Shown piece by piece: positions 54,886-64,000 of a DNA stretch of 64,000 nt. Made by a program: the position numbers and the translations under genes. The notes under the pieces are model-generated. The model did no database searches. It saw only the letters and a program-made list of their open reading frames with translations, and was not told the DNA's origin. Within the stretch, counting starts at the first letter, position 1; each line of letters starts with the position of its first letter. The stretch is from Candidatus Staskawiczbacteria bacterium (GTDB lineage: Bacteria > Patescibacteriota > Minisyncoccia > Minisyncoccales > Staskawiczbacteraceae): positions 28-64,027 of the forward strand of contig CAIYRH010000002.1 of assembly GCA_903928565.1 (NCBI GenBank), in the 5' to 3' direction.

Positions 54886-55557
54886 ATGAAATTATTTATA
54901 GCTAAAAAAAGGGGATTTACATTAATAGAAATGGCTGTTGTTATGGGTGTATTTTTGTTTATTATTGGAGCGGCCATTAGTATTTTTATTTCTGTGGTTC
55001 AAAACCAAAAAAAAGTTTTGGCTGAGCAACAATTAATAAACCAGGTGAGTTATGTTGAAGAATATATGTCAAAAGCTTTAAGAATGGCAGCCGCTGACAC
55101 TGCTGGAAATTGTATTCCTTTGGGAACTGGCGGAGTAAAATATATTTATTCATTAACAAGATACGACAGCGAAGTAAATTTATTTAGGGGAATAGTATTT
55201 TATAATCAATCTAGCGGAGATTGTCAGGAATTCTTTTTAGACCCAACAAATTCGGCGTACCCTGTTTTAAAAGAATTAAAGGGCGCTCTTGGAACAAGAA
55301 ATAATGATATTGAAACGGCAACTGCTATTACTTCAACTAATTTACAAATTACTGACTTAAAGTTTGCCATAAACGGGTCCAACGGTTCAGTGGGCTCTAC
55401 GTATTGCCCTAATTCTTCATTGTGTGCAATTTCTTCGGCTGATCCGGTGCAACCTAAAGTTACAATGCTTTTTAAAATTAAAGTTGCCGGAGACCCGCAA
55501 GACCCAATTAGAACAATTCAAACAACTGTTTCGCAAAGGAACCTTAATGTAAAATAA
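54886..55557 (+). CDS. Minor pilin (PilW-like)
   Basis: KKRG|FTLIEMAVVMGVFLFIIGAAISIF. Confidence 0.7.
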   Translation: MKLFIAKKRGFTLIEMAVVMGVFLFIIGAAISIFISVVQNQKKVLAEQQLINQVSYVEEYMSKALRMAAADTAGNCIPLGTGGVKYIYSLTRYDSEVNLFRGIVFYNQSSGDCQEFFLDPTNSAYPVLKELKGALGTRNNDIETATAITSTNLQITDLKFAINGSNGSVGSTYCPNSSLCAISSADPVQPKVTMLFKIKVAGDPQDPIRTIQTTVSQRNLNVK

Positions 55558-56493
55558 ATGAACTTCTTTTTAATTAAAAATTTAAAATTAAAAATTAGAA
55601 ATTCCGAGAAGGGTGTTTCGTTAATTATTACCGTTTTTATAATGATTATAATTTTGGCGGTGGTTTTGTCTATTAGCACAATTTTGTATAGCGAAATAAA
55701 AGTTTTACGAAATATAGGGAATTCCGTAGTTGGACTTTATGCCGCTGACAGCGGAATTGAAAAGGTTCTTTTTTTTGACAGGCAGGTAAGGCCGGCGAAT
55801 GCAGTAAGGGGTTTGTGTTCAATGTATAAATTTGATGTTGTGAATAACCCAAATGCTTGTACGGAAGATTCAACTCCAGACAACCCAACTGTTGAGCATA
55901 GCATTTATTGTAATAACCAAGCGACTCTTAAGGTGGGAACTGCCGATGCAACAAATGGGTGCGACCCTGCAGTTTGTGACGATTGTACAATTTCTTTTGA
56001 TACGGTTTTAGATACGGGTATTACATATTCAACCACTGCAGTAGTGGCTGATAACAAAAATTTTAAAAATTTTGAAATTGATTCTAAGGGTGTTTTTGGT
56101 GGTGCAGGAAGACAAATTCAAATAGTTATAAAAACGTCTGTCACCGGTCCTGATAGCAGGAATCTTTATAATCTTCCGTCAACTTCTTTAGGCGGGCCTA
56201 TTATAGATAATGGACTTGCTGTTTGCACAGACAACAATAAAATAACTTTTTCGGCAGATGTAATTACAACAGCATTAGGAGCAAGCATAAGTAGTGTAAT
56301 GGTTTTTGACGATAATGCAGCAGATGATAATTTTTCCCAGGCAGGTTTGCAGTTGCAATATCAGGGAGACCAAAATTATAGCAAGCCGTGGAACGGCGCT
56401 GTTAGTGGTGTAGCTTACACTTTCAAAATTAGAGCATTTGACGACCTGGGGAATTCTGCAGAAGTTAGTTTAGTCCCTATAACTTGCCAATAA
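55558..56493 (+). CDS. PilX-like minor pilin / pilus tip-associated protein
   Basis: EKGVSLIITVFIMIIILAVVLSIS hydrophobic N-terminus without the canonical G|F site. Last gene of the pilin operon. Confidence 0.55.
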   Translation: MNFFLIKNLKLKIRNSEKGVSLIITVFIMIIILAVVLSISTILYSEIKVLRNIGNSVVGLYAADSGIEKVLFFDRQVRPANAVRGLCSMYKFDVVNNPNACTEDSTPDNPTVEHSIYCNNQATLKVGTADATNGCDPAVCDDCTISFDTVLDTGITYSTTAVVADNKNFKNFEIDSKGVFGGAGRQIQIVIKTSVTGPDSRNLYNLPSTSLGGPIIDNGLAVCTDNNKITFSADVITTALGASISSVMVFDDNAADDNFSQAGLQLQYQGDQNYSKPWNGAVSGVAYTFKIRAFDDLGNSAEVSLVPITCQ

Positions 56494-56500
56494 ATTTTAA

Positions 56501-58561
<2,061 letters not shown>

Positions 58562-58563
58562 CT

Positions 58564-59568
58564 ATGCCAGAACCAGGATTTAGAGAAGACGAGCCACAAC
58601 CAACGCAAGAAACACAAGTACCTGAACAAAAAGTTGAGGCTGAGCTTTCGCAGGAAATTATTGAAAAAATAATGGCAAAAGTACAGGATATAAATGAATA
58701 TGGAACAGCTTTTAGCGTTGTTAGTTCTGAATATCCAACACCCAAGATTGAGACAGGGGAATCTAAATTAGAAAGCATTTTTAAATATGGTTTATTGGGT
58801 GTTTCGCCGGACCAGCCCGGCGTGAATCGTGCTGGATTTTCTAATAAAACAGATAAGCATGCCTATGTTGAGCAAATAAAAGAGAAGAATGCTCCAGAAG
58901 TATTTTTTTCTATTGTTGGAAGAGTTAAGGAGAATTATAGTGGCTCAGTTGCAAGTTATGGATATTATTTTCGTAATCATGGTGATAATGTTGCCGTTAT
59001 GTTTGATCTTCGTCATTATAAAGAAGCGCCAGTTTCCGAAGATGACAAATTAGATAGAAATACATTCTGGCCCCATCAAAACACCAATACAGAGTTCACT
59101 TCTGAACGGATGAAGAGTTTTTTTACAAATTCTAGAGGGGAGATTGTCTCTGCAGTAGAATATGGTTTTAGGCTTTCATCTAGGGTGCCACCGCGAAATT
59201 TTAATGGAGCTATATTTCAGATGAGAGGGGTTCTTAGTGAAGATGCACTTACTGAAAAAATTAGAGTTAAAATTGAGGAAAATAGTTATCCTGGACAAAA
59301 CCTAGATTATCTAAAAGACGAGAGTTTTTGGAGGACGGTAGAGAGTGTAATATATGAAGATGAAAAAAGGCCAGAGGAGTTAACAGGAAGAGCGAAAAAA
59401 ATTGCTACAGAAATGATGGTTGCTGATAAAGAAAAACTAGATTTATTAGTTCCAATTTATGATATTCATGGAAATTTGTGGTGGCCTAAGCAAATGAGTT
59501 ATGAGGAAGTGAAAAAGCTTGTGGCAGAGCGAGAAGAAAAAACAAAAGAACCAAAACAAGAAAAATAA
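58564..59568 (+). CDS. Hypothetical protein, 334 aa, translationally coupled between ligA and ftsW
   Basis: Starts 2 nt after the ligA stop, and its stop overlaps the ftsW ATG (TAATG). Acidic N- and C-termini. No family recognised. Confidence 0.6.
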   Translation: MPEPGFREDEPQPTQETQVPEQKVEAELSQEIIEKIMAKVQDINEYGTAFSVVSSEYPTPKIETGESKLESIFKYGLLGVSPDQPGVNRAGFSNKTDKHAYVEQIKEKNAPEVFFSIVGRVKENYSGSVASYGYYFRNHGDNVAVMFDLRHYKEAPVSEDDKLDRNTFWPHQNTNTEFTSERMKSFFTNSRGEIVSAVEYGFRLSSRVPPRNFNGAIFQMRGVLSEDALTEKIRVKIEENSYPGQNLDYLKDESFWRTVESVIYEDEKRPEELTGRAKKIATEMMVADKEKLDLLVPIYDIHGNLWWPKQMSYEEVKKLVAEREEKTKEPKQEK

Positions 59569-60659
59569 TGGGGGGTTTTACTAATCAATTAAAGAAATTG
59601 GATTGGGGGTTGATTGTGCCGGCAATTATGCTGGTTTGTTTTGGGTTGGTGTCGCTTTATAGTGTGGCAATTGCTAAAAGTGATTTTTCTGATTTAACAA
59701 AGCAAATTGTATTTTTTGCGGTGGGGTTGTTACTTATGTATTTAGTAAGTTTTTTTGATTACAGAATTTTAAGAAACAATTCTTATTTAATTTTAATTTT
59801 ATATGGTATTTGTTTGTTGTTGTTGGCGGGGCTTCATTTTTTTGCACCCAACATTAGGGGGACGCACGGCTGGTACAAAATAGGATTTTTATCTTTAGAC
59901 CCAATTGAGCCGGCAAAAATTATTTTAATAGTTTTGTTGGCAAAATATTTTTCAATGCGGCACGTTGAAATGTATAAGTTTAGGCATATTATTTATTCGG
60001 GGCTTTATGTGGCAATTCCGGCTTTTTTTGTTTTTATTAAGCCCGACCTTGGAGGCACATCCGTTTTAGTGTTAATTTGGCTGGGAATTTTATTAGTGTC
60101 GGGCATTAAGTTAAAGCATTTTATTATTTTATCGTTATGTTTTTTAATGGTGGCGGGCGTTGCCTGGGGGTTTTTCTTAAAAGATTATCAAAAAGAGCGC
60201 ATTACTTCATTTTTATTTCCATATGACTATTTAGGCGCTTCGTGGAGCCAAAACCAAACAAAAATTTCTGTTGGCTCGGGACAAATTTTTGGTGAGGGCT
60301 TGGCTAAAGGAAGCCAAGTGCAATATGGCTTTTTGCCCGAACCTCACACAGATTTTATTTTTTCCGTTATTGCCGAAGAGTGGGGAATAATTGGAGTTTT
60401 AATCTTATTTATTACTTATGGCGCCTTGGTTTGGAATGTTTTGCGAATTGCTATTTTGTCTAGTTCTAATTTCCCGCGGTTGTTTGCCACCGGTTTTGCG
60501 GTTATTTTAATTGCTCAATTTTTTATAAACATTGGAATGAATTTGTCTTTGTTGCCGGTTGTGGGAATTTATTTGCCATTTATTTCTTATGGTGGCTCGG
60601 GCTTAATTGGAAACTTTGTTTCCCTTGGCATTTTACAAAGCATCAAAATGCAAAGATAG
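59568..60659 (+). CDS. ftsW: SEDS-family peptidoglycan glycosyltransferase (FtsW/RodA)
   Basis: 363 aa, polytopic, with GSGQIFGEGLAKG, LPEPHTDFIFSVIAEEWG and PFISYGGS. Confidence 0.85.
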   Translation: MGGFTNQLKKLDWGLIVPAIMLVCFGLVSLYSVAIAKSDFSDLTKQIVFFAVGLLLMYLVSFFDYRILRNNSYLILILYGICLLLLAGLHFFAPNIRGTHGWYKIGFLSLDPIEPAKIILIVLLAKYFSMRHVEMYKFRHIIYSGLYVAIPAFFVFIKPDLGGTSVLVLIWLGILLVSGIKLKHFIILSLCFLMVAGVAWGFFLKDYQKERITSFLFPYDYLGASWSQNQTKISVGSGQIFGEGLAKGSQVQYGFLPEPHTDFIFSVIAEEWGIIGVLILFITYGALVWNVLRIAILSSSNFPRLFATGFAVILIAQFFINIGMNLSLLPVVGIYLPFISYGGSGLIGNFVSLGILQSIKMQR

Positions 60660-60677
60660 CCTGTGCATAGATGTCCG

Positions 60678-60706
60678 TTGACATGGCTGTTGGTCAGCGA
60701 TAAAAT
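60678..60706 (+). promoter_or_regulatory. Sigma70-type promoter of the R-M gene
   Basis: TTGACA - 17 nt - TAAAAT, 40 nt upstream of ATG 60746. Confidence 0.5.
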
Positions 60707-60745
60707 TAAATGTCAATTACAATAATAATTTGATATAATAAAAAT

Positions 60746-63211
60746 ATGGTAAATGAACGTAAAAATGAGACCCAAAAAGACATCAATTTATTTAATTTCA
60801 TAAAGGAAAATAGGGTTTTTAGCAACAACTGGAGAGTTCAAAAACAGGATAATTTATACATCCAAGATGTTTTAGATAAAACAAGCAAAAAAGAAACCGG
60901 CAATAACGGTTATCCAGATTTAATTTATGTTAACGAGAGAAAAAAGTTGCTAATTTTAATTGAGAACAAAGATAAAATTAAAAATCATATTTCAAAAAAT
61001 GAAGATAATCCAGTTAATTTTGCGGTTGACGGAGTAAGGCATTATTTGTCATTTTTTACAGATAAAAATTTGAATAAAGAAAAAGAGACTACCAAAAAAT
61101 ATATGAAAGGCTGGAAAATTATTGGCATTGCTTTTTCTGGAGATATCTATGATGAATATAATCACAGGTTAGACACTTTTGTTGTTGATAATGATGTAAT
61201 TCAAAATATTAATAAAAGTGAGATTTTAGATGAGGATGATTATTTGGCATTTTTCGAGAATATAGATTTAGAAAAAATATCTAACGATATCTCAAAATCA
61301 TCTAGTAAGATCAATAGATTATTAAGGAATTTAGATTCTCAAAAAAGGCCAATTTTGCTAAGCGCTTTGATGATTTGCCTCTATCCCGAAGAAAGCGGTG
61401 CTGATTTTAAGAACAACTATGTTTCTTGGAGCCCACAGACAATTATTCACAACATCCCCACTACAGTAAGCGAAATTTTGGAAAGTGAAAAGGTTGATAA
61501 ATCAAAAATTGAAGTGTTGATAAACGAATTGTCATTCATAAAAACAGAAAATGACTTAACTTCTACGGATATACTTAAAAATATCTTAACGGAACTTGAA
61601 AATAAAGTTATTCCGTTGTTTTCTAGGAAAACCTCGTATGATATAATCGGAAAATTTTATGAGGAATTTTTAAGGTATGCTGGGATAACAAATGTTAAGA
61701 AGGGGATTGTTTTGACTCCAAATCATATTACGACTTTGTTCGCATGCTTAATTGATATAAAAATAAATGACGTGATTTTTGATCCTGCCTGTGGGACAGG
61801 GGCATTTTTAATTGCTGGAATGAATAAGTTGATAGAAAAAATAGAGAAATCAGAATTGCATGATAAAAAAGAAAGAATTAAAAATATAAAAAATAATCAG
61901 CTCATTGGATTTGAAAAAAATAGTACAATGTATTCTTTGGCTATTTCAAATATGCTTTTTAGGGGAGACGGTAAATCTCAGATTTTTAATGAAGATTTTT
62001 TTTCTGAAAAAGCAAATAGCATTTTAGATAATCTGTCCAGCAAGCCAACTATAGGATTTATCAACCCGCCATACGGTGGCTCCGATAATGCAACGAATCC
62101 TACGAAAAAAGAAATTCAGTTTTTAGAAAGAATGTTAGATAAATGTAGTAGATACGGAATTATTATCGCTCCGCTCTCAACATATTTTAAAGATGATGTT
62201 GATCGAAATAGGATTTTGTCTAAACATACGTTAAAATATGTTATTAATATGCCGAGTGAATTATTTCAGCCGAACGCATTGACTCATACGGCGATTGCAG
62301 TTTTTGAAACGAATAAGCCTCATAATAATAGCAAGGTCGTCTTTTATGATTTAAAAGACGATGGATTCGTGCTATCAAAGAATAGGGGCAGAACTGATGC
62401 TTTAAATAAGTGGAATGATATTAAAAAAGATTTATTGGTGAAACTTGAAAATCCTATAAAAAATCAAGATTTCATAAATTTAGTATATAAAGAAATAAAA
62501 GGAAACGATGAATGGATAATTCAGGCTCATTCTAAAATAAATTACAAAGAGTTGTCATGTAAAGATTTTTTGGATGTTATTAAGATACATATAATTTTTT
62601 CCATAAAAAAAGATCTTGGTATATTACATAAGAGTATAGATGAATTGACATTTTCTGAAATACTTAATAAGCAACAGATTGTGGCGAGAGCGCAAACGAG
62701 CAAAAAAATGATGCTAAATGCAGAAAAATGGAAAGAATTCAAAGTAAGAGATATTTTTTCTCCTATACAAAAAGGAGAGCGCCTTGTTGTTATTGATAGA
62801 ATCGATGGAGAGACTCCATTGCTGACTGCATCATCTATAAACAATGGAATTACAAGTTTTATAAGTAGAGATGTATTTGAAACAAAAAAGAAAATTTTTG
62901 TAAATAAAATAACCGTTGATATGTTCTGCAATGTTTTTTATCAAGAATTCGAATATTTTAGTGACGATAATATTCATACGTTATTATTTAAGAATGCGGA
63001 ATATGGAATGTATTATGCAAATAGATATGTCAATTTATTTATGGTCGCAATTTTAAAGCAATTATCTAAAAAATATGATTATGGTAGACAGGTGAGGTTA
63101 AAAAGGTTCGAAGACGAGACTATCAAATTGCCGACTACCGCAGACAACAAATTAGATTTCTCTTTTATGGAAAGCTATATAAAATCTTTGCCCTATTCTA
63201 GCTCTATATAA
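60746..63211 (+). CDS. Single-chain restriction-modification enzyme (PD-ExK nuclease + gamma-class N6-adenine MTase + one TRD; Type IIG-like)
   Basis: N-terminus YPDLIYV...LLILIENKD (PD...ExK), FDPACGTGAFL (motif I), FINPPYGG (motif IV), and a C-terminal HsdS-like target-recognition domain (WKEFKVRDIF...LLTASSINNG). Confidence 0.65.
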   Translation: MVNERKNETQKDINLFNFIKENRVFSNNWRVQKQDNLYIQDVLDKTSKKETGNNGYPDLIYVNERKKLLILIENKDKIKNHISKNEDNPVNFAVDGVRHYLSFFTDKNLNKEKETTKKYMKGWKIIGIAFSGDIYDEYNHRLDTFVVDNDVIQNINKSEILDEDDYLAFFENIDLEKISNDISKSSSKINRLLRNLDSQKRPILLSALMICLYPEESGADFKNNYVSWSPQTIIHNIPTTVSEILESEKVDKSKIEVLINELSFIKTENDLTSTDILKNILTELENKVIPLFSRKTSYDIIGKFYEEFLRYAGITNVKKGIVLTPNHITTLFACLIDIKINDVIFDPACGTGAFLIAGMNKLIEKIEKSELHDKKERIKNIKNNQLIGFEKNSTMYSLAISNMLFRGDGKSQIFNEDFFSEKANSILDNLSSKPTIGFINPPYGGSDNATNPTKKEIQFLERMLDKCSRYGIIIAPLSTYFKDDVDRNRILSKHTLKYVINMPSELFQPNALTHTAIAVFETNKPHNNSKVVFYDLKDDGFVLSKNRGRTDALNKWNDIKKDLLVKLENPIKNQDFINLVYKEIKGNDEWIIQAHSKINYKELSCKDFLDVIKIHIIFSIKKDLGILHKSIDELTFSEILNKQQIVARAQTSKKMMLNAEKWKEFKVRDIFSPIQKGERLVVIDRIDGETPLLTASSINNGITSFISRDVFETKKKIFVNKITVDMFCNVFYQEFEYFSDDNIHTLLFKNAEYGMYYANRYVNLFMVAILKQLSKKYDYGRQVRLKRFEDETIKLPTTADNKLDFSFMESYIKSLPYSSSI

Positions 63212-63465
63212 TGAAGTCGCATCTTAACTATTGACACTTTTTATAAAATAGAATAAGATAGATTTACTAAGACCTGTCTGATCAACGGGTCGTTAAAAAG
63301 CAGTGGCCACACAAAATTTACTATAAGGAAAATCAAACCCCTCATTTTCGGTTATTTATAATGCCGAATTTTTTGTTGTAAGAGCCGATAATTTTTTAAA
63401 TAGTTTTATATTTTAAATAATAACTTAATTTGTAGAGTTGAACTTTCTCTACAGCAATTTTATAA

Positions 63466-64000
63466 ATGGCAGAAATTATAAGCAAGGTAAAGAATTTTTC
63501 AAAATCTAAACTTCAGTATTCAACACCTCATCTTTTGACAATGCAAAAAGAGGCGTATGAAGATTTCTGGGAAGTTAGAGTAAAAGAACTTTTAGAAGAA
63601 ATTTCACCAATTAGAGACTACACAGGAAAAGAATTTGAGTTATTTTTTGGTGACTACAAACTTTCAAAACCAAATTATAAAAACGGCTTAGACGCTAAAA
63701 AAAATAATGGCTCTCTTGAGGCGTCTTTGCGAGCAAAAATTAAATTAGTAAACCTTAAAACTAAAGAAGTTAAAGAGCAAGAGGTTTATTTGGCAGATTT
63801 CCCAATTATGACAGAAAGGGCTACTTTTGTTGTAAATGGAGTGGAGCGTGTTATTGTTTCACAACTTATTAGAAGCCCTGGAGCCTTTTTTACAAACCGC
63901 ACATGGCGTGGTAGAAATTATTTTGGCTCAAAAATTATTCCAAACCGCGGGGCATGGCTTGAATTTGAAACAGAAGAATCTGGGTTTATTGGAGTTAAAA
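63466..64000 (+). CDS. rpoB: DNA-directed RNA polymerase beta subunit, N-terminal fragment (continues beyond window)
   Basis: My translation from ATG 63466 gives MAEIISKVKNFSK...LLTMQKEAYEDFW...ISPIRDYTGKEFEL...FVVNGVERVIVSQLIRSPGAFF, a typical RpoB N-terminus. Confidence 0.9.
   Translation, partial: MAEIISKVKNFSKSKLQYSTPHLLTMQKEAYEDFWEVRVKELLEEISPIRDYTGKEFELFFGDYKLSKPNYKNGLDAKKNNGSLEASLRAKIKLVNLKTKEVKEQEVYLADFPIMTERATFVVNGVERVIVSQLIRSPGAFFTNRTWRGRNYFGSKIIPNRGAWLEFETEESGFIGVK

Overview
AT-rich, gene-dense bacterial window. Individual 60-nt backbone lines I hand-counted are about 25% GC. The streamlined housekeeping backbone holds an RluA-like synthase, ftsH, a 4-domain S1 protein, gyrA, a short valS, tsaD, recG, recQ, an RNase H1-like gene, ligA, a SEDS ftsW/rodA and the rpoB 5' end. 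There are 7 tRNAs, an envelope glycosylation cluster (20.4-27.3 kb), a tandem array of five TrbC/VirB2-like mini-pilin genes (11.1-13.2 kb), three large Cys-rich secreted repeat proteins (34.4-42.2 kb), and a complete type IV pilus locus (42.2-56.5 kb). A fused nuclease-methylase-specificity R-M gene sits at 60.7-63.2 kb. Gene content and style (no obvious Shine-Dalgarno sites, short ValRS, free-standing LAGLIDADG gene, T4P plus giant surface proteins) suggest a Patescibacteria/CPR-type organism; this is inference only. Signals the ordinary annotation does not explain: (1) Two very GC-rich orphan islands (2.8-5.5 kb and 13.2-15.6 kb; one line counted 43/60 GC). Their four genes share the same expression module, a TTGACA-N17-extended -10 promoter followed by a long C/A-rich, SD-less leader, and most encode unrecognisable proteins. 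(2) A 95-nt structured repeat placed 1-2 nt after two unrelated stop codons. (3) Families of tiny GC-rich twin-hairpin elements and GTAGTTTGTAG/CTACCAACTAC repeats found both intergenically and in frame inside essential genes. (4) A PaaX-like regulator gene bracketed by two identical perfect palindromes inside the pilus operon. (5) A reciprocal split of an Fn3 domain and a Cys-repeat at the junction of two giant surface-protein genes. No CRISPR array, rRNA, integrase or transposase was seen.
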